Virus record (IMG/VR): IMGVR_UViG_2974611114_000001
Coordinates: 32,001 to 96,000 of that record
Strand: one strand, 5' to 3'
Origin: a virus
Taxonomy: Duplodnaviria > Caudoviricetes
DNA: 64,000 nucleotides
Shown here: piece by piece, positions 47,437 through 57,666 of the stretch
Layout of the letters: every line of letters starts with the position of its first letter
Numbering within the stretch: the stretch's first letter is position 1
The notes under the pieces: model-generated
What the model saw: only the letters and a program-made list of their open reading frames with translations
Database searches by the model: none
Told to the model about the DNA's origin: nothing
Position numbers and translations under genes: made by a program

Positions 47437-48093
47437 GTGGACAATCTAATAAAACTGCTAACGCTCCTATTTAGTCAAATTAGTAATCCAAAGGATTTGT
47501 TACGTAATAGTGCCACGTTGTTGATCGGTACTCTCATATTTATATTAGTAGAGTACCATGCCGAGATAGGGGAGTATATGTCAAACTTCTCTTCTTCAAA
47601 GATAATCGCTGAACAACAGCTACTAAGGGAAGCTAAGTTTCCAGAAGTTGCTACGGAAAAGGCTCAAGCACTATATTTGCAAACTAGAGCTGATGCGGTA
47701 TTTGTTTACAAATATGAACCTACCGCTGTTAATGACTATCAGAAGATAATCTATTGGGAGAGTGCTATACCGCTACCTAAAGAGGATTATGAACTAAAAC
47801 CGGTCGACAAAACTAGCAATCTATATATGGAGCAGTTAGCGGGGATAAACTACGTAGTTTCATCCCCAGAAGAGCGAGTCTATTTTAAAGGATCAGATAT
47901 ACCAGCATTTAAAAATGTAGAGTTCAGCTACGTGTATACTTGTCCGTTTTTTAATTTAGATAATATATATTCCGGCTACATTGGTATAGCCTGGAGAGAG
48001 ATACCAGCAGACAAGGAGCACATGGAAGATTTAGAGAATTATCTATATAGAGTGTGCTCAACACCTGCAAGAGCCCTAGGCAGGGCTTTATAG
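47437..48093 (+). CDS. holin (T4 T / T5 type)
   Basis: Single N-terminal TM, periplasmic domain YTCPFFNLDNIYSGYIGIAW. Confidence 0.9.
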   Translation: MDNLIKLLTLLFSQISNPKDLLRNSATLLIGTLIFILVEYHAEIGEYMSNFSSSKIIAEQQLLREAKFPEVATEKAQALYLQTRADAVFVYKYEPTAVNDYQKIIYWESAIPLPKEDYELKPVDKTSNLYMEQLAGINYVVSSPEERVYFKGSDIPAFKNVEFSYVYTCPFFNLDNIYSGYIGIAWREIPADKEHMEDLENYLYRVCSTPARALGRAL

Positions 48094-48101
48094 GAGATAC
48101 T

Positions 48102-48608
48102 ATGGAGACGAGAGGATTACCTTGGTTAGTTGAGGGGTATAAACTACTAGGGATACATGAAGCAACTAAAGATGGTGGTGCTGAGGTAGATAAACTGTGG
48201 AAAGACTTTAAGATGGGTGGTCTAATGGGCAGTCCAACAACTATACCATGGTGCTCTGGGTTTGTTGGCGGTACGCTAACCAGAGCAGGGCTACCTACTA
48301 CCAGCACCAGTCAATACAATAAAGCTAGTTCTCAGTACTGGCTAGGTTATGGAACCAAATTGAGTAAGCCAGCTTTTGGGTGTATAGTAGTGTTTAAGTA
48401 CCCTAACGGTAACGGTCATGTTGGGTATGTAGTAGGTAAAACCTCAAGTGGGTTATTATTAGTATTAGGTGGTAATCAAAGCGATATGGTATGCGTAAAA
48501 GCATTCAAAACCGGACTAATACAAGGATACGTATTCCCAGAAGGTAACTACACTATAGATTATGACCTACCAATAGGTGATGCAGAGTTAGTGGGATCAA
48601 CTAGATAA
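48102..48608 (+). CDS. endolysin, NlpC/P60 (TIGR02594-like) peptidase
   Basis: PWCSGFV, GCIVVF, GHVGYV, LGGNQSD.V; follows the holin. Confidence 0.85.
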   Translation: METRGLPWLVEGYKLLGIHEATKDGGAEVDKLWKDFKMGGLMGSPTTIPWCSGFVGGTLTRAGLPTTSTSQYNKASSQYWLGYGTKLSKPAFGCIVVFKYPNGNGHVGYVVGKTSSGLLLVLGGNQSDMVCVKAFKTGLIQGYVFPEGNYTIDYDLPIGDAELVGSTR

Positions 48609-48613
48609 TAATA

Positions 48614-48648
48614 AAGGGAACTATCGAAAGGTAGTTCCCTTTTCTTTT
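48614..48648 (+). terminator. intrinsic terminator
   Basis: AAGGGAACTATC-GAAA-GGTAGTTCCCTT + T tract. Confidence 0.85.
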
Positions 48649-48712
48649 TAGTTGACAAATACTACGATTTTTGATATAATATTTATATAAATTGATAAGA
48701 AAGGATTATTTT

Positions 48713-48907
48713 ATGAAGAAGTTCCGTATTAGTCACTACTTCTCTGGCTACGTTAGAGGTACATGTCATATTGAGGTTGACGCAGAGAGTCTAGAAGAAG
48801 CGCAAAGGATGTCGGAAGACCTCGGCGTTATAGATGCAGATGTGTTTGATCTTGCTAGAAGTGACGCAGAGATTGAAGATACTATGGTAGTGGAGATCGA
48901 AAAATGA
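48713..48907 (+). CDS. hypothetical protein
   Basis: Start MKKFRI after AGGA. Confidence 0.6.
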   Translation: MKKFRISHYFSGYVRGTCHIEVDAESLEEAQRMSEDLGVIDADVFDLARSDAEIEDTMVVEIEK

Positions 48908-49261
48908 AAACTAAACTTATTGGTTGGTACAATTCAATGAGCACAGATACTAAAGCTATGATCTGGTTTATTATAATCACATTACCAGTAATACTGGTCA
49001 TAGGGGTGTTAGGTGCCTAACTCACTAGTATTAGTAATATCAATGCTATTATCTGTAGCCCTAGGAATGGGTGTTAGTATAGCTATTCATGTTGGTCTTA
49101 GTATAGAAATATGCCTAGTATTACTGGTTATATCAGGGCTATTAGGTATGAGCACCTATAGATTACACCAAATATGGTAAATGCGTTAAAAAATGTACTT
49201 GCCAACTTACTAAAATTTTAGTATAATATATGTATAAATTGCGAGATAGGAGATCAAAAGA

Positions 49262-49675
49262 ATGTCCAGTCGCTACTACGAGCAAATGTGTGAATTTTTA
49301 CGCATTAGCCCGTCAGAACTAGATAATTATTTAAAACACGAACCGGAAAAATTACAGAGTAAAATAGACCGCAAACTTAATAGAGGTACTAAAACAGTGG
49401 CAAGTAAGAAGAGAACCCGCAGAGATATCTCAAACTATATTAGTGAGCGTATTGGTGCAGATCTTACTATTGAAAAGCTACCATTACCTACACTAGAAGC
49501 TGTTGAGGATTGCGCTAAAGTAAAAGGAAAGTTTACCAAAGTTGAAGTGCCTACTGGTAGACTGAAACAACCATACATTGATGCACTTAAAACAATGTTT
49601 GGCAAAGATCTAGAGTTTAGTTCCATTACTGTAAAGTCAATGACTGAACTGTTAACTGCATTTAATAACCTATGA
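49262..49675 (+). CDS. conserved T5-like early hypothetical protein
   Basis: PTGRLKQPYI motif; promoter at 49199. Confidence 0.75.
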   Translation: MSSRYYEQMCEFLRISPSELDNYLKHEPEKLQSKIDRKLNRGTKTVASKKRTRRDISNYISERIGADLTIEKLPLPTLEAVEDCAKVKGKFTKVEVPTGRLKQPYIDALKTMFGKDLEFSSITVKSMTELLTAFNNL

Positions 49676-49690
49676 AGCAGGAGAGGCTCT

Positions 49691-50503
49691 ATGCAACAAA
49701 TTAATACTAGGAACTTTATAGGTATCAAACACAATGATACTCTTAATGTACCTACAGATGCAAAATTATTCTTCGTTGGGGATATCCATGGTCATTATGA
49801 TCACTTAATGAAAGCGTTGCATAAAGCAGATTTTGACTTTGATAAAGATTTCCTAGTCTCAGTAGGAGATCTTATTGACCGAGGTCCGAATAGTGCTAGA
49901 GTTGTGATGCTCATCGGAGAGAGGTGGTTTCATCCAGTAATGGGTAATCATGACTTCTTCCCAGTTGTGGATGACTATGTAAATTGGATGGGTAATGGTG
50001 GTACCTGGGCTTTAGATTATCCAGACCCAGATAGCAATGGGCTTGATCCTATACTTTTAAGGAAACTAACTAGCCTACCCCTAACTAAAACTGTTACATA
50101 TGGAGACCTAAGATTTGGGGTAAGCCATGCAGGTATCCCTAAGTTTTTTAAATTCTGGAGAGACTACGCTACCCAGGACTACATTGACTTGCCAACAGAC
50201 TGGGATGGTATTGTTCAAATGCTTACAGAAGCCGTTAATGATCCTTTGTTGCATAGGGAATTAGTAATGACTATGTTATGGGATCGCACAGTACGTAGAG
50301 ACTCTGATAGGGGACTTACATTCCCAAGTATTACAGGTGTAGACTACACTATTCATGGGCACACCTATTCCAAAGATAGACTAAATATAGGTAATAGAGT
50401 ATATTTAGATACTGGTTGTGGGTGGAAAGATGGCAACTTAACTGTAACTAGAGCTAACGCGGATGGTACATTTACTGATTTCTTAGTACCTACTAAGGAG
50501 TAA
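49691..50503 (+). CDS. Ser/Thr protein phosphatase (metallophosphoesterase)
   Basis: GDIHG, GDLIDRG, GNHD, HAG, HGHT, DTG. Confidence 0.92.
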   Translation: MQQINTRNFIGIKHNDTLNVPTDAKLFFVGDIHGHYDHLMKALHKADFDFDKDFLVSVGDLIDRGPNSARVVMLIGERWFHPVMGNHDFFPVVDDYVNWMGNGGTWALDYPDPDSNGLDPILLRKLTSLPLTKTVTYGDLRFGVSHAGIPKFFKFWRDYATQDYIDLPTDWDGIVQMLTEAVNDPLLHRELVMTMLWDRTVRRDSDRGLTFPSITGVDYTIHGHTYSKDRLNIGNRVYLDTGCGWKDGNLTVTRANADGTFTDFLVPTKE

Positions 50504-50655
50504 TTTATGCGTAGTAAATTTGGGGTTAAGATTATACCGTTAGGTGCTCCTTCCTGGGTTAACTGGTACTCCAGTATAGCAGAACTAGAAAAGGCTATTA
50601 AAGATATTGACGTAGCATATACAGTTTATTTGTGTACACCTAAAAAGGATCAAAC

Positions 50656-50856
50656 ATGGAAAAGGGGCATAAAGTAGTAGTTAACCGCCATGACATAGGA
50701 TGGGGTACACTTACTTGGGTAAATTCTTTTTATACTGAAAAAGAAGCCAAAGACTGGATATCAGATATGGAAGTGGAAGATTACGAACGCGAAAAGAACT
50801 TGAAAGGTACATCTAATACTTATTATACATATACATATATTCCTTTAGAAAAGTAG
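50656..50856 (+). CDS. hypothetical protein
   Basis: AAGGA RBS. Confidence 0.6.
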   Translation: MEKGHKVVVNRHDIGWGTLTWVNSFYTEKEAKDWISDMEVEDYEREKNLKGTSNTYYTYTYIPLEK

Positions 50857-50914
50857 TTGCAAAGTTGCGATATTCTTGATATAATATGTTTATAAATTGA
50901 AATGAGGAATAATT

Positions 50915-51190
50915 ATGAAAAAACTAAGTTCAGCTATGCAAGATTTAAAATTAGATAAGAAAGAGATGTGTAACACTTTACTTATCCTAATGGGCATGGA
51001 TATCGCAGAGTTCCATTCTCAGTTTATGAAGATGAGTATCGCAACTCTTAACGTTATGTACGAACAATTAACTCAAAACGCTGTAGCACATGCTGAAGCT
51101 CGTCGCCAAGAGCGATTTGCTAAAGAACACTTAGCAGTTGCAGAGCGACGAATCGCATCTCTAGAGCGCTCATTACAAAAAAGGAAATAA
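50915..51190 (+). CDS. coiled-coil hypothetical protein
   Basis: Promoter at 50857, GAGG RBS. Confidence 0.7.
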   Translation: MKKLSSAMQDLKLDKKEMCNTLLILMGMDIAEFHSQFMKMSIATLNVMYEQLTQNAVAHAEARRQERFAKEHLAVAERRIASLERSLQKRK

Positions 51191-51191
51191 T

Positions 51192-51485
51192 ATGATTTTA
51201 GAGTCAGTTGTAGGATTATTAGTAGTATCTGTACTTGGCAATATTGGTTTAGGTATTGCTTACAAAGGGGTGCAGAACCGTTTACTACGTTATGCTGAAA
51301 ATACAAAAGAAGCAATTAGAAACTTGGATGCTAAGATTCTAGAGACGGAGGAGAATCTAATCCTACGTGAAGAGGAATTAATTGCCCAAATTCATCATGC
51401 TATTGCTACTACTCCAATGAAGCAAACAGACAGAATCCAACTAATTTCACGTATTAAAAGGATTCAAGATGGGACTGATAAATAA
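51192..51485 (+). CDS. membrane-anchored coiled-coil protein
   Basis: N-terminal TM. Confidence 0.65.
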   Translation: MILESVVGLLVVSVLGNIGLGIAYKGVQNRLLRYAENTKEAIRNLDAKILETEENLILREEELIAQIHHAIATTPMKQTDRIQLISRIKRIQDGTDK

Positions 51486-51759
51486 ATTATTTGGTAAGCC
51501 CACACCACCAGATCCTTTAACGCTTAGATCTGGTGGGTATAGTTTATCCTCCTATTTTGGTATTGAAGCATTGAGAGTGCCAATATGGGCTAAGCACTGG
51601 AGTGTGGATCATAAAGGGTCGTTGGTAGTATGGGAAACTACACCTATGTATGATGATTGCTTAATGGAATTTGAAGCTGAAGGTAAATGCCTGCACTTAC
51701 TAATGCTAGACAAAGATAATATATTAACTACAGCTAAAGGAGCATTATATAATGTCTAA
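51469..51759 (+). CDS. hypothetical protein
   Basis: YFG..L.VP.WA...VD..G pattern. Confidence 0.65.
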   Translation: MGLINKLFGKPTPPDPLTLRSGGYSLSSYFGIEALRVPIWAKHWSVDHKGSLVVWETTPMYDDCLMEFEAEGKCLHLLMLDKDNILTTAKGALYNV

Positions 51760-51940
51760 TAAAGTAACACTAGAACTAGAGGAATCGACCATTGATTTAG
51801 TAATGGTTGCTATTGCTGAAATGAGTACATCAGGTACAGAGTTCACTTCCGCTGAACGATTACATGCACTTATGGATTTAAATGAAGCTATGGATAACGC
51901 AAAGTTTGCTATGGCTAATAAGGTAGATACAAGTGAGTAA
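51752..51940 (+). CDS. hypothetical protein
   Basis: AGGAG RBS. Confidence 0.6.
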   Translation: MSNKVTLELEESTIDLVMVAIAEMSTSGTEFTSAERLHALMDLNEAMDNAKFAMANKVDTSE

Positions 51941-52086
51941 ACAAATAACAATAACTTTACTACAATCTGATGTAGAAACCTTTCTTGTATGGGCTAACTC
52001 TATGTTCTTATATGACATTGACGAAGATGAGGCAGAAGCCTTAACCAAGTTAGCCGATGCACTTACAAGCGAACTGGAGAAATTAG

Positions 52087-52422
52087 ATGATTAATTTAAA
52101 TTTAACATACGAAGAAGCAGAAGAACTACAAAAGGCATTAGTGCCAATCATTAAAAAGGCTGGCGAAGGTGACTTACCAATAGTAAAGATAGCATCTAGA
52201 CTAGGGGCAGCCTTAATTGAGGAATGGAACCCAGGAACCTCACTCATGCCCCTTCACGTTCCGGTAATTATCAATTTACAAGGTAGTATGATAAAAGCTA
52301 TTAGAACATCATTAGCTGATAGTTATCATCCCAAATTCCAGGAAGTAACGTATACCCTAGTAAATGGTCTAGATGTTACTACCGTGTTAGATACAAGCAA
52401 ATTCTCGTGGAGACGACTATAA
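52087..52422 (+). CDS. hypothetical protein
   Basis: GGAG RBS. Confidence 0.65.
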   Translation: MINLNLTYEEAEELQKALVPIIKKAGEGDLPIVKIASRLGAALIEEWNPGTSLMPLHVPVIINLQGSMIKAIRTSLADSYHPKFQEVTYTLVNGLDVTTVLDTSKFSWRRL

Positions 52423-52423
52423 T

Positions 52424-52840
52424 ATGAAAGAGTTACTTCTTGCTAAAGGGTATGTTCAAGGAACAAAAACAACTGCACTATTTGAAGAAGCATTTATTAA
52501 TATGGATGGATCGTTAGATATTGCATTCTTTAATTTTGTTCATGATACTACCTATACAGCAAAAGCTTTGCGCGGGGCGTTAAAAGAATTGGGCGTTACG
52601 CCCCTTTACCTGGGTAAAGGAGAAGAATCCACTAAGGAGATCTCCGAAATGTATACTTTCGGAGCGCATGCAAACGCTAAAATGTGGATTATTGATTTAT
52701 ATAATAAGTTTGGCAAAGTCTTTTCTAGAGGTTCTGTTCTGGGTTGGATTGCAAGACAACGCCCAGAAAAGTCAGCAGGATCTTTCTCACCTCTAGGAAT
52801 GGCACACATTCCAAGTGTGAATGAGACGGAAGCGATTTGA
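52424..52840 (+). CDS. conserved T5-like early hypothetical protein
   Basis: ORF track, coupled. Confidence 0.65.
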   Translation: MKELLLAKGYVQGTKTTALFEEAFINMDGSLDIAFFNFVHDTTYTAKALRGALKELGVTPLYLGKGEESTKEISEMYTFGAHANAKMWIIDLYNKFGKVFSRGSVLGWIARQRPEKSAGSFSPLGMAHIPSVNETEAI

Positions 52841-53313
52841 CACAAGATGAGATAAGAAAGCTAGGTAGAGAGTCTAGAGAAGATGCCTTTATTGACATGA
52901 TGCTAGATTTCCCTGCCTTTAGGTTTACTAAGCGAGATGGTAGCCTTAACCTTAGGAAGATTAACCAACTAGATGTTGGGTATAGGCAACTAGCTAAAAA
53001 TGCTTGGTTTGTTCAACGGGCATTAAAAGTACATGATAGGGTATACGGGTACTATAATGTAGAGTATGAAAGAATGGATGTCCCAGTAGCGATATTCTGT
53101 AATGTTCATGAAGGCATGTTTCTACAAACCCCTAAAGCCCACCTAGCTGGCAGTGGTTGCCCTGAATGTGCTAAGACCTTAGTAGATAGAGAAACAGAGC
53201 TAGGTACATTTAAGGTACCTTTTCCATTCCACTATTATAGGATAGAGGATAACTTAGTTATTTTCTATAATGCAAAGAACGAGGAGTATGTACCAGAGGG
53301 TCAAACCCTCTAG
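52837..53313 (+). CDS. DUF723-like Zn-finger protein
   Basis: VH...Y.Y..V.Y......V.I.C..H.G.F.QTP..HL.G.GCP.C. Confidence 0.75.
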   Translation: MTQDEIRKLGRESREDAFIDMMLDFPAFRFTKRDGSLNLRKINQLDVGYRQLAKNAWFVQRALKVHDRVYGYYNVEYERMDVPVAIFCNVHEGMFLQTPKAHLAGSGCPECAKTLVDRETELGTFKVPFPFHYYRIEDNLVIFYNAKNEEYVPEGQTL

Positions 53314-53379
53314 AACTACTAACAATATGAAAAATGACATACATGCTGTTATTTTATTTGTATTATTAATATTCCTAAT

Positions 53380-53634
53380 TTGTTTAATAATATAAGGAGT
53401 TATATGAATGCCGTGCTTTTAGTTATTAGCTGTGTATTTTTGCTAATCTTAGGATTAGGCTTTATGGTGGTTGCTGATATAGCCTCTAAGGTAGTGTATA
53501 GTCACGTTCTAAGGTATAGAACTCGTGGGTTCTACTCAGCACTAGTGCAACCATGTGTATGGGTAGCTACTATTGCTGTATTAGTCTCTATTACACATCC
53601 AATACTTCTAGGGATAATGACCCTACTACTGTAA
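53380..53634 (+). CDS. membrane protein
   Basis: Two hydrophobic segments; start likely MNAVL. Confidence 0.6.
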   Translation: MFNNIRSYMNAVLLVISCVFLLILGLGFMVVADIASKVVYSHVLRYRTRGFYSALVQPCVWVATIAVLVSITHPILLGIMTLLL

Positions 53635-53751
53635 TGTTTCAGCCCAGTGAGATTTCTCGTTTCACTGGGCTTTCTCGTTTAAAATACTATTTGACAATTT
53701 ACATGTTATTTAGTATAATATATTTATAAATTGAATAAAAGGAGTAAATAA

Positions 53752-54093
53752 GTGAGAGCTTTATTAAATGCTTTAGAAGAGGCAGTAGCAAGGCAAGCCC
53801 TCTATAAGAGCAATATGGGTTTACGGTATAATGAGAAGTCTAATAAAGCCATTGAACTTGCGGATAATATGTCTGAAGCATTGTTTCTAGTTAACTCTTT
53901 AGTTATTAAAGGTAGTAGAGTACGGCAGGCACTGGTAAATAGATTAACATATCTATATAAGGTTAGAGCACTTACTGCAAAGTCAAAACACAAAGCTAAA
54001 GGTACTACTAAAGCACTAGGAGCAGCTAAAATGCTTACTAGTATTAATGCAGATATTGTTGAATTAGAAGAATTACTTATAGGGATAAACTAA
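53752..54093 (+). CDS. hypothetical protein
   Basis: Promoter at 53691, AGGAG RBS, GTG start. Confidence 0.7.
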   Translation: MRALLNALEEAVARQALYKSNMGLRYNEKSNKAIELADNMSEALFLVNSLVIKGSRVRQALVNRLTYLYKVRALTAKSKHKAKGTTKALGAAKMLTSINADIVELEELLIGIN

Positions 54094-54094
54094 G

Positions 54095-54427
54095 ATGGAA
54101 GAACATTTAAAGTATATGCTAAAGCAGTCCTTCTCAGTATTTAAGGACTTAAGCTCTCAAGAGTTCATGTCTTGTCTAGATAAGTCTAGTGTAGCTGGCA
54201 CTGTACTAGTAGGTAGAATGAGTATAGTATCTGCTGGTTTATATGATGCTATAATGGAAGAAAATTCCTTATCAGTATTAAAAGCACTCAACACTATTGA
54301 AAAACTTGCTATACTAGCAGAACACGCAGACGCCACTAATGTAGATTTTGAATACATTACATATTGCATTAAGAATGGTACAGAGTTTGATGCAAATATT
54401 GCAATTGGTCAACGAACTGGAGTATAA
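54095..54427 (+). CDS. hypothetical protein
   Basis: Coupled ORF. Confidence 0.65.
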   Translation: MEEHLKYMLKQSFSVFKDLSSQEFMSCLDKSSVAGTVLVGRMSIVSAGLYDAIMEENSLSVLKALNTIEKLAILAEHADATNVDFEYITYCIKNGTEFDANIAIGQRTGV

Positions 54428-54518
54428 TAAATGAATATTGTAGAGATGTACGTTGTAGTTTACTCACTAACCCAACTTTGGGCTAATCAAGACAACTTCA
54501 TAGCGTGGTTACTAACAA

Positions 54519-54704
54519 ATGATAATTAAACTACCAACAAATAAGCTAGGGATTCTAGATCATTTCCCTATAGCAGTAATACAAACACTAAAGTTACAGA
54601 AGGGGATGCTTACATTAAATGTTATGCCCAGCAGACGTTGTAAGTTAAACCAATTGGAAGAGTATATTACTAAAGTTGGGGGTGTTATATGTACATTGCA
54701 CTAG
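54519..54704 (+). CDS. hypothetical protein
   Basis: ORF track. Confidence 0.5.
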   Translation: MIIKLPTNKLGILDHFPIAVIQTLKLQKGMLTLNVMPSRRCKLNQLEEYITKVGGVICTLH

Positions 54705-55030
54705 CATTCATTGCATTCATTGCCGGTTGGCTTGCGCTAGACTGGATAGACGATAATGTTAAGGGTAAGCTAACTAAGTTAGTGCTAGGAGTAGTAATTA
54801 TTTGTAGTTATATTTTCATACTAGACTATATAACTAATATACATGATAGGAATACTATTCGCGAAGCGCTACTGGGGGATGGGTGTAAAACAACTAACCA
54901 AGTAGTAGACAAACCTGTTATAGAAAAGATAGGTAATGAATATTTTATAACCAATGATACAGAGCAGTTATTTGAATATCAGTGCAACTCGAGAAACCAA
55001 TATTTGAAGAGCCCTAATTTGGAACAGTAA
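54689..55030 (+). CDS. two-TM membrane protein
   Basis: Two N-terminal hydrophobic helices. Confidence 0.65.
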   Translation: MYIALAFIAFIAGWLALDWIDDNVKGKLTKLVLGVVIICSYIFILDYITNIHDRNTIREALLGDGCKTTNQVVDKPVIEKIGNEYFITNDTEQLFEYQCNSRNQYLKSPNLEQ

Positions 55031-55078
55031 TCCCCAGTTATACAAAGCCACCAATAAGGGGCTTATTTTAGGAGTAAT

Positions 55079-55594
55079 ATGAAAGACTTTCACACAACTA
55101 AACGAGTTTTCCTAAACTCAGAAGATACATCAGATTTAGCATCTGCAAGTTTTCTAGCAGAGTCCATTGATGGCTCATTCAATGCAAAGTTCGTGGTATC
55201 TTATGGCAATAGACAAATCATACTACACTCTAATCTACTTAATCAGATATCACCAGAGCGATCTTCAGTACTGTTTTATAATAAGATGAAGCTATTGGTG
55301 ACTAAACTAGATGATTTCATTGCTAGAGCTAAGGTAACATACCATACTAAAAGTTACGGTGTAGTTATCCCACTAGGTAATGATGAGGAAGCCACTTCAT
55401 CTAGTATTAACTACCAAGAATTTGAGGGTAAATCTGCCCTAATATCTATAACTGATTGCGTTAATAAATTAGTAGTATTAGATATAGTTAACTGCGATTC
55501 GGATGATCGTGTAGATGAACAATTCTCTAGAGTTATAGCACTAAGCAACTTTATCCACGAATTCTTAACTGAGCTAGAGGAAAACATATTATGA
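55079..55594 (+). CDS. conserved T5-like hypothetical protein
   Basis: AGGAG RBS; RVFLN..., ISITDC. Confidence 0.7.
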   Translation: MKDFHTTKRVFLNSEDTSDLASASFLAESIDGSFNAKFVVSYGNRQIILHSNLLNQISPERSSVLFYNKMKLLVTKLDDFIARAKVTYHTKSYGVVIPLGNDEEATSSSINYQEFEGKSALISITDCVNKLVVLDIVNCDSDDRVDEQFSRVIALSNFIHEFLTELEENIL

Positions 55595-55887
55595 AAAGAG
55601 TAATACTATTCCCTAGAGCGTATCCAGAACCATTCATAGCCTTTTACGAAGGTAAAGGTAATAAGAAGATCCATTTTAAAGACATAAAGTCACTAGACAT
55701 AGAAATAGATGAAGCAGGTATCTATATAATCCTAGATGGGAAGCAGGAAGCACTACTAGCGGATAGATACGGTACTATCAGAGGAATTGACTTTATTTTA
55801 ACACCAGAGGGTGAAGAACTATATCATGAACTGCAAGAAACATTAGGACAACTTAACTCAGTAGTAGGAGTGTATAATTATGATTAA
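55591..55887 (+). CDS. hypothetical protein
   Basis: Coupled ORF. Confidence 0.65.
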   Translation: MKRVILFPRAYPEPFIAFYEGKGNKKIHFKDIKSLDIEIDEAGIYIILDGKQEALLADRYGTIRGIDFILTPEGEELYHELQETLGQLNSVVGVYNYD

Positions 55888-56269
55888 ATTTGAGCAGTAT
55901 AAAGAGCTGTTTGAGATTATGGAAGCCTCCGGAAAGTTTAGATTCTCATTAAGTTCCGGAGATGGTGGATTAACATTTTTAGTTCGTATTATTAATAGCG
56001 CAGATACTGTAGTAGCTAAGTTAGAGGAAAAGTTCATTTACACAATCAATGAACTTGGAGATAGTGAGCTCCCTAGAATCTTTATAGGTGAGGACAACAT
56101 AGCTAGAATTGGAAAGGGCATGTACTCTCTCACTTTACCAGTAGCATTTAAAGCAGTCTGTGATGCCTGTCCAAGATGTAACGGATACGGTAATACATAT
56201 GGGCTAGTAGGTGGAAAAGTAGATTTTACAACATGCACAGAATGTAATGGAACAGGAGTAAAGAAATGA
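55880..56269 (+). CDS. protein with DnaJ-type CxxCxGxG zinc motifs
   Basis: CPRCNGYG and CTECNGTG. Confidence 0.7.
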   Translation: MIKFEQYKELFEIMEASGKFRFSLSSGDGGLTFLVRIINSADTVVAKLEEKFIYTINELGDSELPRIFIGEDNIARIGKGMYSLTLPVAFKAVCDACPRCNGYGNTYGLVGGKVDFTTCTECNGTGVKK

Positions 56270-56595
56270 TTACTAAAGTACGTAAGATATTAAACCCAGA
56301 AGTTTATATATTTGGAAAACCAGCATCACTATACGCGTGCGACAAGGGCGATCTATACGTCTCTTTAAAGCAAGATATCCTAGATGAATTAGGCATTAAT
56401 CTGTGTAGTCACAATAAAACACTGCACGTAGTTGATATAGAACATCGAGATATGACTAGAACCTATAGCAAGAAGAAACACTACCTTATTCACGGGTTTA
56501 ATCTTACAGAAGTATGTAATACACTACGTAAGGCAGGTACTAAAACCCAAATTGAAGTTGCTAACTTTCTAGAAGAGATTATTAGAGATAAGTAA
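56266..56595 (+). CDS. hypothetical protein
   Basis: Coupled ORF. Confidence 0.65.
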   Translation: MITKVRKILNPEVYIFGKPASLYACDKGDLYVSLKQDILDELGINLCSHNKTLHVVDIEHRDMTRTYSKKKHYLIHGFNLTEVCNTLRKAGTKTQIEVANFLEEIIRDK

Positions 56596-57054
56596 ATGAA
56601 GCCACATATCTATAGTAAGCTCTTAAACGAACTTACACAAACAGCAAGGGTATACAAAGACACTCAACAGCTCAGAGCACAGTTAGGCAGTACTCTAAGT
56701 AAGTATATTGAAGTTGAACACAATACAGGGGCTCACTTAATGTTAGAGGTAACAAAGTTAGACACTAATCTAGATATTAAAGGAGCGAAGGCATCCTTAT
56801 ATAAAGCAAAAGATGGAACTTTATACATTAGAGTACCATTTACAGATATCATTAACCCAGAGGATAAAACAACACTACTATCTGTATATCCAGACGTTGT
56901 AGGCATCTATACTACTCGCTACTTTGGAGGGGATAAATTCATAGAGTACCACGAAGCATATGAGTTACAGAGCGTTATAGACGCTGTGTGTATTTATACA
57001 AAGGACAAGGAATTAGCAAATTTTCTTTCAATATTAAGAGATATAGTAGAATGA
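56596..57054 (+). CDS. hypothetical protein
   Basis: LVNEL-type N-domain (L.NEL...A..Y..TQQLR) fused to a domain resembling the previous gene. Confidence 0.65.
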   Translation: MKPHIYSKLLNELTQTARVYKDTQQLRAQLGSTLSKYIEVEHNTGAHLMLEVTKLDTNLDIKGAKASLYKAKDGTLYIRVPFTDIINPEDKTTLLSVYPDVVGIYTTRYFGGDKFIEYHEAYELQSVIDAVCIYTKDKELANFLSILRDIVE

Positions 57055-57207
57055 AAGTAATGGAAATCAGGTCTGATATATTAATTAAGTCTCATACGCA
57101 GTAACTTATAAAGTAAGCTTTATAGAGTGATTATTGCGGATTTTGCCTAGGGGCAGATTTCGCGGAATTGGGCAGTAACAATATTAAACAATATAAAGGA
57201 GAGCACA

Positions 57208-57606
57208 ATGGAAACTAAAATGTTAGGTAAATCAAAACTTGAAAATGCAGTATTAGATGCAATTATCGAAGACTCAGCCAAGCTAGAGAAGCAATTAGAT
57301 TTCTTTGCCGCTGTAGAAGATTATTCTGAAGAAGATTATGAGATGGGTGAAAAATTAAAACAGGAGGTAATAGAGGGACTTAACCAAATAGACCAGATTA
57401 AAACACACTTAAGATCCCTATTACAGGAAGTTCGTTATGATATAGAGAATGTAGAAATTGATGAATATGTAAACCATAAGTGTGATTTTATTCCTTACTA
57501 CACTACAGAGACATGGAAGGGACTAGAACCTGGAGATGGCGTTAGAACTACTTATTCGCAATGCCCATTATGTGGTGAAAAGAAATTAACTGAGAAGATT
57601 ATCTAA
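57208..57606 (+). CDS. coiled-coil + Zn-ribbon hypothetical protein
   Basis: AGGAG RBS; H.C...CPLCG. Confidence 0.7.
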   Translation: METKMLGKSKLENAVLDAIIEDSAKLEKQLDFFAAVEDYSEEDYEMGEKLKQEVIEGLNQIDQIKTHLRSLLQEVRYDIENVEIDEYVNHKCDFIPYYTTETWKGLEPGDGVRTTYSQCPLCGEKKLTEKII

Positions 57607-57666
57607 TCAGATTAAATTGGGGTGGGTTTAGCGAAGCTAGTCTCACCAAACTGACTAGGAGACGAA

